Assembly (NCBI RefSeq): GCF_009914755.1
Contig: NC_060931.1
Reading direction: 5' to 3' (one strand)
DNA length: 64,000 bases
Source of the DNA: the human T2T-CHM13v2.0 reference genome, Homo sapiens
Shown here: positions 13,086 through 28,010 of the stretch, piece after piece
How the letters are laid out: each line of letters begins with the position of its first letter
Numbering within the stretch: the stretch's first letter is position 1
Notes under the pieces: generated by a model
Databases searched by the model: none
Seen by the model: the letters and a program-made list of their open reading frames with translations, nothing else
Told to the model about the DNA's origin: nothing
Position numbers and translations under genes: made by a program

Positions 13086-16000
13086 CTTCACTGTGGGGAA
13101 GCAGTGGGTAAAGTATTGTAATCAGACACTTGAGAACTGTAGGCATGTCCTAGGATTTCTCAGCTCATTTCTTAACTCTGGATTGAGCTGCTCTTCCTGC
13201 TTCTTCTAGGGTCCACTAAGTCCAGACAGGAATCCTCTCACATCCTTTTCATTTCTCCCACAAGTCCAGATAAAGCTGAAGTCCTTGAAACCAATATCTA
13301 CTAATCCCCTGCTGGTGTGCCAGGGTCTGTGCCAGGCATTGGTTACCTGCTGGTAAGTAAGAAAGATAGAAACACGGGCCCTTGCTTTCTTGATTCTTAT
13401 AATTTATCTAGGGACACAGAGATTACATCAATAATTACAAATAATTAATTAAGTATAATTGTGCTAAGTGCTATGAAGGAGAAGAACAAGGTTAGTATTT
13501 GGCTAATTAAATTTGGAGCTTTGTAATTAAATTATGACAGTAGTTATGCCTTACTCCTTAATAACATGCAATTTATATAGTGAGTTTCAGGCATTTATTT
13601 AGATGTTTAAACAAATGATTAACAAAGTAATGTTGTGATGCAAGCGTTCGAAAACCAATGATACTCATGTATTACTACTGAGTATGAGGTGATAGAAACC
13701 CACAGAATCTTTTCAAACAGAGTGAATTCTCCCTTGTCAGCCAAGGTTGTACCAGTTCATCTCCCTTCTACCATGCTGACTGGTCCTCTTGAAAAATAAA
13801 ATTAAGTGCCATCACTTTTTCTTAATATAAATATAATCTCCAGATGTATTTCCTGCTCTTAAAAAATTTAATTAACAAACTGATTCATTTATTAAAACAT
13901 TATTGAGTATATCAGGCACTATGCTTTCAACCAACCTCTAGGAAATTCCACCTTTCAATGTTAGGGATTTGTGTTTAGAAAATCAGCAGTGCCAGAGGAT
14001 CAAATAATAAATTTTTAAAAATGGATTTTGGTCAAATCTGAGAATCTAATGAGAGCATGTTTGTGCAAGCCACTACAGCCAGAGGACAAATGCCATACAT
14101 CTGCATTAAGAAAATGAGAGCAGAACCACAGAATAAAATGCAAGAAAGCTGAAATGCATAATTCAATTTATGTTTCTTCTGGCTGGAAACATTGGTGGAG
14201 GGAGAGAGCAGAGAGGACCTGGATGGAGCTGGCATCTTGTCTCCATTCAGCCCTGGTCCTGCAGTGGCCAGAAGGTGTCACTGTAGAAACTGCTAAGAAT
14301 AGAAACTGGCCTTGGGTTCTCAAGGTTGGAGATCAGGTTCTAGGGTCAGAGCCAGGGGCTGGAATTTTGACTGCTGCCCTAGGGAGATGGTTCCCTTGTA
14401 TCAGCAGAAGTAGATCAATGCTGATCTACTATGATCAGTATGCTGCTTGTTACTATAGACAGATTCTTCACCTTCAGAGTTGGCCTCAAGGATTGAGATA
14501 CCCTCCAGAAGGTAACCACAACTGTTTAAAATGAAAAGAAATATAGGGGCTAAGTGTTTCATTCCTTTCATTTTATAAACAAGGAAACCAAGGAATAGGG
14601 CTACGGTGATTTGCCCAGGTCTCAGATCTACCTGGAGACTAAGCTGGAACAAGGGTCAGGGCTGCCCTGCACATCTAGCTCTACCCAAGCCCATGAGTGA
14701 AGGGTGGGAAGGAGTTCTGAAAAGCTGTAGTCTAGGAAGGGAGGCACCTGAGGAACCTCAGATGGGAAGCTCAGGACAGCCATCTATCCTTGAAGAGAAA
14801 GACATGTGGTGTGGGGGTAAAGCTTTAAATAAGTCAAGGGGTCTGAGTTTGAGTTTGCCTCTTCCATTAGTCTGCTATGTGCAACTTACTAGACCTCTAT
14901 GAGCCTCAGTTTCTTCATTTGAAATGCATGAATAATAATAATGCTTATCTCACAACATTTTAAGTAAGATCAGATGAACAAATGAATATGAATGTGCTTT
15001 GTAAAGTATAAGTAAACGTAAGTGGCTGTTACTATGCTCAACAAGTCCAAATTACAGAGGTAAAGTCTACCCAGTGCCATGGGGACAAGAAACAATAGAA
15101 TATGTGCTATAAACGTCAGAAAGTTTTCAGAATGTGGGTCATAAAGCCCCTTGAAATGCATTATATTGCTTAAACCACCTAATTACAGAGACCCTGTTAA
15201 ATATAGTGAAGAATCAAAGTAGAGGGTTCACCTGTACTCAGTGAGTAGGTAGTACATGCTCTGCACACAGTGTGAACTTAGTACTATTTTATTCCAATAC
15301 ATTTTGGTGATGTTTTTAGATGATGAAAAACTATTTTTATTGATAGATGGCCTCGTTCTTAGCTTTTTGGGACAGAGAATTTTATTCCACTTTTCTCACC
15401 TTGGTAAACATGTACTGAGCACTGTTCAGCGCCTGGTCCAGTGGAAGGTATTGGGATAACAAATCAATCAGTCTGGTCTCCTGCTTAGGAACTCAGCCTG
15501 CAGGGAGAATAGAAAGAGTGAGTCATCATGACCTTATCAGGGGAGTTTTCAGAGGAAGCTTGATGAAGACATCTGGTAAGAGGAGACATAGAGTCTGGCT
15601 ATGTAATCAGCTCAGCAGATCTGTAGAAATAATAAAGTAGAAACAAAAAACAAAACAAAACAAAAACAAGAAATAGTGCTCTTGCCTCTTAAAAAAGTAG
15701 ATGAGGTTTAAGGTATGCTAAGATTCATATAAGGAGGCCTGGGCTTCAAGCTGTATCAGGAAACCATCTACGTATCCATTGGGTACATTGCTACATTTTA
15801 AAGCCACAGTTTCTTCATCTACAGAATGAGCAAGTTAGATTAGGTACATTAAGATTTCTTCCAGCTCTAAAGATTTGTGATAAGTGAATATACATAATCT
15901 GTGGTTTAAAGTAGTATAGAAGGGAAAAATAGATCCTTTGGTGTTTGATTGCTCTAAGCATGCATAGCTAGTGGGACTGTAGGCAATGAGATATGAATTA

Positions 16001-16178
16001 GTGGGTTTTGGGTTCAAAGGATTCAGATCTCACACATAGCTGATTGGGGAGGTGTCAATGAACGGGACTAATTGACTCAAAACCAGAGACTAAGGAAACG
16101 GGGAAGAGGACTACACCAGTAGAAATGGCAAAACTACTTGGGCCAAGGCTGAAAGGCTGGTAGCCTTCTGATACGTAA

Positions 16179-16472
<294 letters not shown>

Positions 16473-18469
16473 TAGAAATGCCTCAAGGCCAAGAAAAGAG
16501 TCATCTCCCTTTTGACTTCCATTCTTTAGTTTTTAAAATGTATATCTACATATACTGAGCACTTCAGTTTATGCTGTTGATTTGGTGACTGACAAGAACT
16601 AGGACTCTATCAAGTGGCTTGAAAACACTGATTTATATCATCTAGGTCACGGGAGGAATTCAAAGAGCCTCCAACTACAACCAGTGAGAAAAACAGTGGA
16701 GGATCACAAAACAGTCCCGGGTGCTCCCAGGAATTTGGGCTTTATCCTCCTACCACCTCCTCTTAGCCTTCCTTGTGGGTGACTCACCAAGGCTGAGTGC
16801 TCACTTCATGCACAGGACATTTTGAATGTGGAGATGTACATCTCTTAGAAAGTCCTTGATACAGTTGTTCATCCTCTTCTTCGTGATGCAGGCTTTACTT
16901 TGTCAGTATTAGCTGATAACTTTTCAGAATTTAGGCATCCCCAGAGGGAAATTACTTGCTCTTGGTGTGTTTCTTACTCATTCTTCCCCACAGCTACTTC
17001 TCTGCAACCACAGCTCCCTCCTCTACTAAGTTCCCTGTGGAATACATATTCTAAAAACATTTTATTTCAACTTTTAATTGTCCTTCTAGTTCCTAGCATA
17101 ATGAGCCCTTCTGTAACTCTTTTATATCTTTTACTGCCCTTCAATGCTGTGGCATCACTGAGGACTTTTAGTAGAAGTTGGGATTCAGAAACATTTACTT
17201 TTCTGACCTGGTGAGAAGGGACTGAAAGTAATTGAGATAGGAAAGAGAAACTAAAATTTTAGAACCTGGTCTCCTTCCTAAAGGAAGAAAATGAAAGCAT
17301 CTTCACCCCTCCTCCCACACACCTAGTTTTAGTGACAGTGACATCTAGTTTTAGAGTGGTGAGGACACATCGCACATTAGAATCATCACATCCATGGCCT
17401 GGGAGCCATTGAGAAGTCTCAAGTTCACAGTCATTAAAATAGTTCTGCAGGTTCTTTGATGGTCTCCCACATCACATTCCTGTTGTGTTTCCTTTGCATA
17501 TTTTCATATTACTAGAAGTTTTTTCTTTATCAGCTTTCCTAATACTGATCTCCCGGTTCTTGGCCATCTTCCACAAAGTTTTAATTTCTTCACTGGAATT
17601 ACTAGAAGGAGCAGAGGAAACAATGGGTCAGGATGAGGTTTTATTCCCAATATTTAACTATTTATTTCTATAGTAATAGAACATGAGTCTTTGGTAAAAT
17701 GGGGAGAAAAAAGAGAGACATCAGTGTGTAACCCACTAAATTTTTTTTATAACAATTGGCCAATATTGCAAGATAAAGGTTTACTTACCTGGAAGATTTG
17801 TCATTGTAATGACAATGGACTAGGGAACTGTTGTTTAACTTCATGCTCTTCCCCTTTGGGCAAGACCTGAAGAATCTTGGGTTTATCTCTGCTGCTTCCA
17901 CTGCCCAGGTAAGCTCAGGACCTCACAGGGCCTGAAGCTTTCCCCACCTCAAGGTCTGTGGATGGAGAAAACTGCTAGAACTTCTGACTGAGAGTTGTAG
18001 CCAAAGGTTAAGGAGGAGAGCAGCAGTAAAAAGAAAACCAAGGGCACCATGAGGGGGAAGAAGAAGAAAATGACATCTGAGAGGTGGGACCCCTGATGCA
18101 CTTCAAAGGCAGACTCGGTATGAGCTGACACAGATGACTCCAGTGTAAAGGAAAAGAACTGTTGGGAACCATCCTCCACACTACCTCCTACTCTCATCTA
18201 ATAAGAATGTTTCCCTGCTGGTAAAAAAGAAAAATGCATCCTTCTTACTTTTCCAAGCACTAAGGTTACAGAAAATATGTAACTAGATTTTTTTTTTTAC
18301 AAAGTAGGTTAGAAAATAGTAGGAAATATAATATATATACAGTTGGATGTATATAAAGATTGAAAAGTAGAAAAAGAACAGGCAGGATGACCATAAAATG
18401 TCAGTGGGTTAATCTCTGGGTGATAGGATTATAGATATTTTTGTTTTCTTATTTTTAGCTTATCAATAT

Positions 18470-18852
18470 TGATATGGCTTGAATTTGTGTCCCTGCCCAA
18501 ATCTCATGTCAAACTGTAATCCCCAGTGTTGGAGGAGGGGCCTGGTGGGAGGTGATTGGATCATGGGAGCAGATTTCCCTCTTGTTGTTTTCCAATAGTG
18601 AGTTAAGTTCTCACAAGATCTGGTTATTTGAAAGTGTGTGGCACCTCCCCGCTGTCTCTCTTCCTCCTGCTCTGGCCGTGTAAGATGTGCCTGCTTCCAC
18701 TTCGCCTTCCACCATGATTATAAGTTTCCTGAGGCCTCCTCTCCATGCTTCCTGAACAGTCTGTGGAACTGTGAGTCAATTAAACCTCTTTTCTTAATAA
18801 ATTACCCAGTCTCAGGTAGTTCTTTATAACAATGAGAGAACAAACTGTTACA
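18470..18852 (+). mobile_element. MSTA-type solo LTR
   Basis: tgatatggcttgaatttgtgtccc...gagtcaattaaacctctt...attacccagtctcagg...ttaca. Confidence 0.88.
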
Positions 18853-21643
18853 AATATTTTTAAATGTTTATAATAAACACATATTTTTTCTCTCATAGGA
18901 ATCCAAATGAAATTTAAAAAATTCACATATCTGATATAGACGTATCGCATTGAGATAGTGATATTAGGAAATCAATTTGCTGTCTTAATGCCTGGCACTA
19001 CTGAATAGCCTTTGGGCAACATAAGTGAGCATTCAAGGAAAGATACAATTAAAACTGTATCTCAGCAAAGTAGATATAACTATAGGTTTTCGACTATTTA
19101 TACCATAAAAAATAAATCTGGAAATATTCTATGGTGGCAAACACCCTGGACTAGAGGCAGGACAATGGGTTTTACTCCGGCTTTGGTACAAATTGCTCTA
19201 TGACTTTTGACAAGTCACCTAATCTCCCTGGGTCTTAGTTTCTTTGTTTGTGAAACCAAATGGTGGAATTGGACCTCAAGGTCCTGCAGAAGTCTGTGTT
19301 TTTCAGTGTGTGCATTACAACATTTTCCTTTCATTCTAGGTACTAGATTCTGAGGTCTGAGACTAAAGTCATTGCATCATGAGTTCCAAACTGGACTTGA
19401 GAGGGGAAGAATCATTTCCTTTGAGATTGACCAATACCAGGAGTTTCACTAAAGAAGGCAATGAAAGACCCACAGCCTTGGACATAATTGATTTCCTGTG
19501 ATATCTGTGTGGGCCCAGGCATGCTGCTCACCTGGGTCTTTCCCCTCTTTCACTCCTTTGGAACTGCCCCACCACTAACCACTTTCCTACTCTCTCCTTC
19601 CCCACCCCAGTATCTCCTTGCCTCAAGAGTTTCCTGTTACTAGCAATAATTTAGTTCACTCCCAGGGAACTACTATTTCTGGTTCTCAGTTACTAACCTT
19701 TCCATTCAGTTCTTTCCATTCCATTTTTACCAGAATTAACGTTTCCTCATCTTTCCCAGTGAATGTAAAAGGTACCTTCTGGGAAGCATTTTACCGGAAC
19801 TGATGACTGCTATGCTTGACAGCAGCTTCAACAGCCTCGGATACAACTCATCATGAATTAGCTCTGGCATGACTGAGTTAGAATACTGTTCTGTTTCCTA
19901 TCTCTACATGTAGGAAAAATTTAAAGTGGCATTTCTATGCTTTGGTCTTTTCTCATAAATGACTTAGGGGAAAACACTTAATGAGGATGAGTAACTAAAA
20001 TTCAATGAATACTAAAAGCTTTATAAGAATCATCTAATTGAAACTTTACATAATTTCCTTATTATGTATTAACATTGAACGGGCATTATGCATTCCATTT
20101 CTAGAAAAGAAGTCTTTCCTTAATAAATTACAAGTGCAAACATGAATTCCAGGACAATTTTTACTTCAAGATCAACTTGTCTATATGCTAGGATAATGAA
20201 TTTGAATACTCTTTACTGATGTTCCCTGAAGACGTAGCTATTTTGTTTTCTATAATGATATTATTTTCTTGAGTCTCCATTCTGTTGGGTACTGTAGAAA
20301 GAAGACAAAAAGCAAACAATATAATATACCAATTAAAGGTATCTTAGTTTTTTTACAGTATAAATGGTCTCTGTTAACTTAAAATGATCTTTCCAGGTAA
20401 ATATTTAATTAATTTGAAGTTCTACCTTATATCAGAGTGGTATATTTCTTTTTCTTCCTTATCAACAGGGCTTCTGGGCATAAGACAAAACCTGATAGTA
20501 CTGACTTGTGGGGCTTTGAATGGATGTGTAGAATCACTCTTGTTTTGTGCTGGTCCTGGTGCTGGCTTCTGCAGCTGGACAACCACTCGAATCTTTGCTT
20601 ATTCACGTGGCAGGTTTCTGTTGAGACATAGTTTATGTGGATCCAACCTGTGTCATCCACTGTTGGAGGCTGTGGCCAAGGAACCCATGGACTGTTTGTT
20701 GTCTTGGCTTTGTCAAGGCTTGGTGGCCATCTTCTTGTTGAAATGGTCCCACTTCTGGTTTTCCAATGCTGTGATTCCCCCAAACACACACACATCACCT
20801 CCCAGACATGACTGATTTCTTCTGGAGCCCTGAGTTGGGAAGTCCATTCTGTAGCTCTCAGTGATATGGCCACATTTTCTCCACCAAGCTGATCCCCTCT
20901 GGCATGTTCTTTGGTTGAGCTCCCAGCTGCTTCCTGTATCTGCACCTCCCATTCGAGACAAACAGGAACTTGAGGCATGAATTCCATATTCTAGGGAGCC
21001 AGGAGCATGCTCAGATTGGCTTGCCTGCCATCCTCTTTCACTGCTGCTTTTCTATCGTCCCTCAACATCTTTGGAGTTTCTAGGTCACCCTGAACAACAG
21101 TCTCTTGGTAGGGCTCTGAATGGGGATCAGGAAAGTATTTCCACCTTTGGCCTCTTCTTATCCTATCTCTTCATCCTCAGGGCCTCAGTCCCTTGGAGGG
21201 CTGTTTAGAACACATATATTTGAATGTCTGCTTCTTCTACCTTTCTCTTCCTTTATTTATTCCCAAGTCTGTGTCAGAAAGAGAAGGTTTTGCCCTCTCA
21301 TGAAATGGAAGATTTCCCTTATGTCATATCCTGAGTTCCCTAGTTTATCAAAATCTCAGTGTTCAAATCCAAAGGTTGTGGGTTTTGATGTAGGTGCCTC
21401 AGGGCTTCAGAAATTTGGAATTAATAAAGAAAATATAGATTGATCTGTTTTTCTCTAAGTGTTATCCTTGTGCCTGCAATTCTCCATATGGTGTCCATCT
21501 TGGACAGAGAATTGGGCATCTCTTCTCTTCATTATTCAGCTCGTCCTGCTGAAACGCAGCCAGGACAGGGCACACCGCAGCACCAAGCAGCTACAAGGTA
21601 ATCAGATTCTGAGCACTAAACCCAAGGCACATGGAATATTTTC

Positions 21644-21986
<343 letters not shown>

Positions 21987-22309
21987 GATGTGGAATATTT
22001 TTCTAAAGCAGCCTATTTGATTCTTTTTGAAAGGCCCTTCTCAGTTTCCCCAGCCTGATACGGGCTCGGCTGTAAAGATGGGACAGAATCTGTGTCATGT
22101 CTCAGGAGTGAGGAAAAGAAAATGTTATTCTGTCACATTCAGAACAGTTCTACAAGGTGGACACAGACTGGGCCAGAGGTAGACAACTGGTAAAGAGCCA
22201 GCCAAGATGAAAATTGGGATATACCCGATGTCAAATTTCAAATATTGGGCATTTTTCACTAGACCATGCTGCCTCTCACATTCCTTTCTAAAAGAAACTG
22301 GTTGCAAAC

Positions 22310-22733
<424 letters not shown>

Positions 22734-22927
22734 TTAAGCAAAATGACGTGTCTTAATACTCAAAAGGAGCAGAGAAAAGAGTTCTGGCTGGGTGTTTCCT
22801 GCTCTTTAGATAGAGTTTGCTTCCTGGCCTTGAGTTAAGGAAGCTGACTCGTTTTTATTTCTAGAGCCTTCTGGCTCCCCTCCAGGCCTAAGCATTTGCC
22901 TCAATTTTTCCCTAACAGTTTGGACCT

Positions 22928-23695
22928 GGTTATAGGCTGAATAATGGCCCTGCACATGTGTCCACCTTCTGTCCTAATCTCCCAAGTCTATGACTGTTAT
23001 CTTCTATGGCAAAAGGGATTTTTGCAGGGGTGATTAAGTATTTTGAGATGAGGAGATTATCCTGGGTTAGCCAGGTTTGCCCAATATAATCACAAGGGTC
23101 TTTAGAGAGAGAGGCAGGAACACCAGCATCAGATCTTTCTGCCTCCGTCTTCTCTTTAGGGCCAAGCGCATATCAAGCTGGGGAAACCGTGAAGGGCCTT
23201 TTACAAAGAATCAAACAGGCTGCTTTAGAAAACTACTCCACATGCCTTCTGTTTAATGCTCACAATCTGATTATGTTGTAGCTGCTTGGTGCTGCGGTGT
23301 GCCCTATCCTGGCTGCATTTCTTCATTCCCTCCCCTGCCCACATACATCCACAGCCCCAGTCGGCTGTATCCATGAAGAGCTGAATGGAACAGGATGACT
23401 GGCAGCCCACGCCAAAGGCCAAGAGATGTGAAGGTAGAAGCAAGAAGTTAGAATGACCTGAGGAAGAGGTCACAAGCCCAGGAATGCCAGCAGCCACTAA
23501 AAGCTGAAAAAAGGCAAGGAAATGAGTTTTCCTCTGAAGCTGCCAGAAGGAACAAGCCCAGCCAATGCCTTGACCCTAGCCCAGTAAAATTGATTTTGAA
23601 CTTCCGACTTCCAGAACTGTGAGAGAATACATTTACGTTGTTTTAAGCCACAAACATGTGGCAATTTGTTACAACAGCAATGGGAAACTAACACA
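22928..23695 (+). mobile_element. MLT1D-like LTR interrupted by a ~290 bp non-LTR insert (~23134-23420)
   Basis: 5' part ggctgaataatggccc...aatcacaagggtc...gaggcagg; 3' part gagatgtga...gttttaagccac...ggaaactaacaca. Confidence 0.8.
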
Positions 23696-24469
23696 GATTC
23701 TAATCTCTTTTCTTACTCCCATCCCAGGTTGCCCTGGGGTTAATTCATGATTAAAGATCCTCCAGCTTTGTTCTCTATACTTTCTCTTGTCTTCTTGAGT
23801 CTGATCTCCTTCTTGCTCTCCAAGTGCTTCCCCCACTGCACATCAACAAGAACATTTCTGCTTCTTACCTGTCTCTGTCCCCTGCTCTAACCCATGAGGA
23901 GTCAGAAGCAGTCTAGTGGGGGCCAGGCAGGGGAGGGAGGTGAGGAAGCTAGGAAGGTTAGAGAAGAGAGAAGAAGCCAACATTCCCCACTTTAAGCTTT
24001 TGGGGTTGGGAGTCAGAAGAAGCTTTATCTTAAAACAAGGTTTAGAGGTTTGATTTTACCTTGGGCTGGATATTTTTAAGACTGCAGTGAGAATGTTTTG
24101 GGGACTTAAGGCGAATGAAAACGTTTTGATTTTTTGGGAGGAACTAGAACATTCATGCTACTTGTTATGGATTTAGTTCAAGGCACAGAGAAGGACTAGC
24201 CCCATAGTGCAGGTTTGAGTGTATGGAGATGAGAAAGAACACAGCACTTTTCTGATTACAGTTTGTGAATTCAGCTTGTTCAGTAAACCAGTTCCCCTTA
24301 GTTTCTACAATAGATTTGAGATCTTGTGGTCTGGGACCTGGGAATTCCATCGTGGCTGTGATATTTTCGCAAGATTTTCAAATCTTTTTCAGTATCACAT
24401 GCACTCTGTGTAGCGGAGGTTGTTTCATCTACTTAGCCCACCAAGACCCCTCTGGAGGCTGCATAGCCT

Positions 24470-24710
24470 GGTGGCTAAAGGTGTAGGTTCTAGACCCTGA
24501 ATGTGCAAGTCTGAATCTTGGTTCCTACCTTGTGCATTTGCAGCAATGGGCAAGTTAAAGTCTCTACTGCCTCAGTTTCTTCTGATGTAAAATGGGGAGG
24601 ATGGTAATACCTGACTCACGGGCTTTTGTGAAGATCAAATGAGATGATCCATGCAGAGCACTTAGCACAGTGTCCAGTCCATGATAAGCCCTCAGTGAAT
24701 AGTAGATATT
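24470..24710 (+). mobile_element. MIR
   Basis: gcctcagtttcttctgatgtaaaatgggg...gtgaagatcaaatgagat...gcacttagcacagtg. Confidence 0.8.
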
Positions 24711-25832
24711 TTTATGTTGAAATGCTTTGAAGAGTTTAGAAGAAAGGTGCCAGTCAAGCCAATGCTAGAAACAGAGATTAATTTTTATTTCCTCACACAT
24801 TTACTTCTATCCTGCTGTGCCTTGTAAACTGAACATTTTCATATTTTTCTCCTTCGCAAAATACAAACTGTTCCAACAGTTCTCTGCCTCAAACCTGAAG
24901 TGTTTTATGCCATCCTTGGTAGGTTGTGAGAGATATTTTGGAAGCACCTTTTTAGAAGCTCTGTTAATTGAAACTATTCCTCAAGCTTTGCAATAAATGC
25001 AGAAAGTTTCAGTGCTCCCTCACATCCTGGAAGCTGACTGTAGCCTGTAGAGGGCTACTGGGTTAAGCCCTCTACAAAGGTGATGATAGAGTCCAGTTCA
25101 GGAAGCCATCTTCTGGCCAGGTAGGGTGGACATGGGCACACTGGAGCCAGAGGGAGGTCAAAAGAGGGTAGTGAGTGTAGGGGCCAGAAATGATTATCCA
25201 AGAGTAAATTGAGGTCCAGAAGCTGTTCAGAGGCACAGGAGCCCTTTTTCATCTTGTCTTTGTTCCTGTTGATAGTGAATATACAGCAGCTGTCTTGATG
25301 ATGGAGAAGGAAAGTGAGGGGTGCTGACTGAGAAACTGCCTTACAGACCTCCTTCCTCTCTCCATCTACCTCTAAGTCAAATGAAAAGGAATCCAGTGAA
25401 ATTCTCCCAGCTCCCTTAATAAAGATGGCTCTCCAGCTCTCATCTTGCTAGGAGAGTGTTCCACTTCTTTTTCCACAAATAAAAATAATTTATGTTTGTA
25501 CAGTGCTTAATTTCAAGAAATTTCATAGATATTATTTCATTTGAGGAAGGAGAGAATTGGGGCTGGGTTAGGCCACACAAGCCTGGCTCAATGTCAAGTA
25601 TTTCCTAAATGGAGACAGAGGTCTGACTCTAAGCTTTATATATGACACTGGTTAGATTTTAGAGTTTTTTAGTTTTTTGAGTTGTGGTGGGAGAAGCACT
25701 ATAATCATTATTAATATAGCCACCATGAAACATAGATTTAAAATTCTGCTCTGCTAGTTTGAGGTAGCATTAAGATCAGTAGAATGATTTTGAAGGTTTC
25801 TGCTTATCAAAGAAATGTTTAAAGAAGAAGAA

Positions 25833-26130
25833 GTGTGGGTGTGGTGGCTCACACCTGTAATCCCAGCACTTTGGGAGGCTGAGGCGGGTGTATCACCTGA
25901 GGTCAGGAGTTTGAGACCAGCCTGGCCAACGTGGTGAAATCCCCTCTCTACTAAAAGTACAAACATTAGCCAGGTGTGGTGGCACACACCTGTAGTCCTA
26001 GCTGATTGGGAGCCTGAGGCAGGAGGATCACTTGAACCCAAGAGGCAGAGTTTGCAGTGAGCTGAGATCACACCACTGTACCCGAGCCTGGTTGACAGAG
26101 TGAGACTCCATCTAAAAAAAAAAAAAAAAG
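25833..26130 (+). mobile_element. AluSx/Sz-like
   Basis: Full dimer with cacctgaggtcaggagtttgag and an A tail. Confidence 0.92.
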
Positions 26131-27789
26131 AAAATATCTATTTCAAACATCTTTAACAAACAATTTTAAGGTATCTAGGCTGTCTAAACATTTATTCTAA
26201 AGTTATCTCTATGAAAAAACAATCTAGACTTTATAAAAGATTAGTAAATCTAACCTATTATAAAAATAGTTAAGTTTATAATACCAAGTTAAATTTTTTA
26301 GGATCTATATGTGCTTTTTATGATTGGGACACTTGCATTAAGAATAGTACTGCTTATACAGATTTTATTAAAGAATTAGACTTATTTCACTACTTTATTT
26401 CAAAGACTGATAATACTTTTATTTTGGTGTATTTTTGGCCATATAGAGGATTAATTTAATGGTAAGTTTTAGTCAGAAAACCAACCTTCTATCATATTGT
26501 CCTTATAGGAAAATACAATGAACGATATCATGTTGTACTCTTTGATAACATAGTTTTCTAGGAATATTCTGGGTAAAATGGTTTAAATAATTTGGGAGTA
26601 AATTTCTTTTGCTGAAGCTTTTAATTTCAACTACTCATGCAGCAAAATATTTTGCCAAAGACCAATGACTTTCAAGTTTAATAGTGGCATTAGGTAAAGC
26701 TGAAAATAGGCCTATATTTTGTGAACATAATCACATTATGACTGAACCTCCTTAGACTTCCTTCCCTAGCCTTGTGGCCAGGATATAATTGCATCCGTCA
26801 TGGGCCATAAGTCCCAGTGCAATGACGGGTAATTGATTTTGATGTGGAGGTTGAGGGGTGAGAGAGGGAGGGCTCCTCCCACACCACATTGCAAGCCTTC
26901 CTAAAAATCACCCAGACATCTTTGATGTCCTGAAATCCCTTTCCCCATTACAGCTGACTCCTTCCCAGTAACTCAGGCTTCCTCACTTAGATGCCTATGC
27001 ATGATTCTGCTCCTGGACAGGGTCATGTGTTGAGGCAGGCATCTTATGGAGAGAAGGATGTGATGGAGCACTGAGCTTCTCAGGGCTGAGGGTCTGGTAT
27101 CTGACTCCCCAACATCATATATTATTGGTCACTAGCAGCGGAACTGTGGCGTCTTCACTAGAGCAGTCCCTCTATATGCTGTGCCTTGGTTCCTGGCTTC
27201 ATCCTTGCCCAACTCTATTGTCCTCCTACAGATTCTGTGGGTCTTTCCCTAATAAACGATTTTTTCTGTTTAAATAACTCTGAAGGGATGTAAGTTTTAA
27301 AAAAGCCACCAAAATTCTCATTGGTCTACCCTGTTAACTTCAACTTTACTTCTAAGCCAGTTCTTAGCCTTTCCAAGTACTTTACTAGTCTTCCCATCTC
27401 AGAATTTCCCAATGTACAGGAAAGAGAGCCAGAGGGCAGTTCAGCAAAACAAAATCACAGCCACCTCGGGATCCCCAATTTGTCCAGGGACAACAACAGT
27501 AGCAAAGATACGAGGTCTTGGAGAGAAACCTTCCCAGAACCCACACAAGCAGAGGTGGAAAAGGTAGACTGGAAACCTGGTTTCTTCTTTTCCTGCTGTT
27601 CCAACCAGCAAGCCCCTTGCCCAGGCCCTACCAAATATATACCCATTTTTCTTCCAAGGTGTGTCCTTTCAAGGTATGGGGCCTGCAGTATAAAGCTAGT
27701 GATTTTCTTTGCTTAGAACAGCTCCGGGACTTCTGCACTGATTCTGCCTACCGGAAAACATCTGCTATTAATAATGCCCTACTAGTAGT

Positions 27790-28010
27790 AGCTAACAGTG
27801 CCAGGCACTGTTCTAAGCATATTTCCTATATTAGCTGTGATTATCACAACCCTGTGAGGCAGGTGCTAATGTCAACTCCAGCTTATCCACTGAAGACTCA
27901 GAGGCCCAGAGAGGTTAGAGGAACTTGTCCAAGGTCACAGTCAGGAACTTCAGGGGTCAGAATCCAGATCCAGGTAGCCTGGCTCAATGCCCCTGTGCTA
28001 CGGCACTGCC
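27790..28010 (-). mobile_element. MIR
   Basis: gtgccaggcactgttctaagc...cacaaccctgtgagg...gaggcccagagaggtta...aacttgtccaaggtcacag. Confidence 0.75.
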
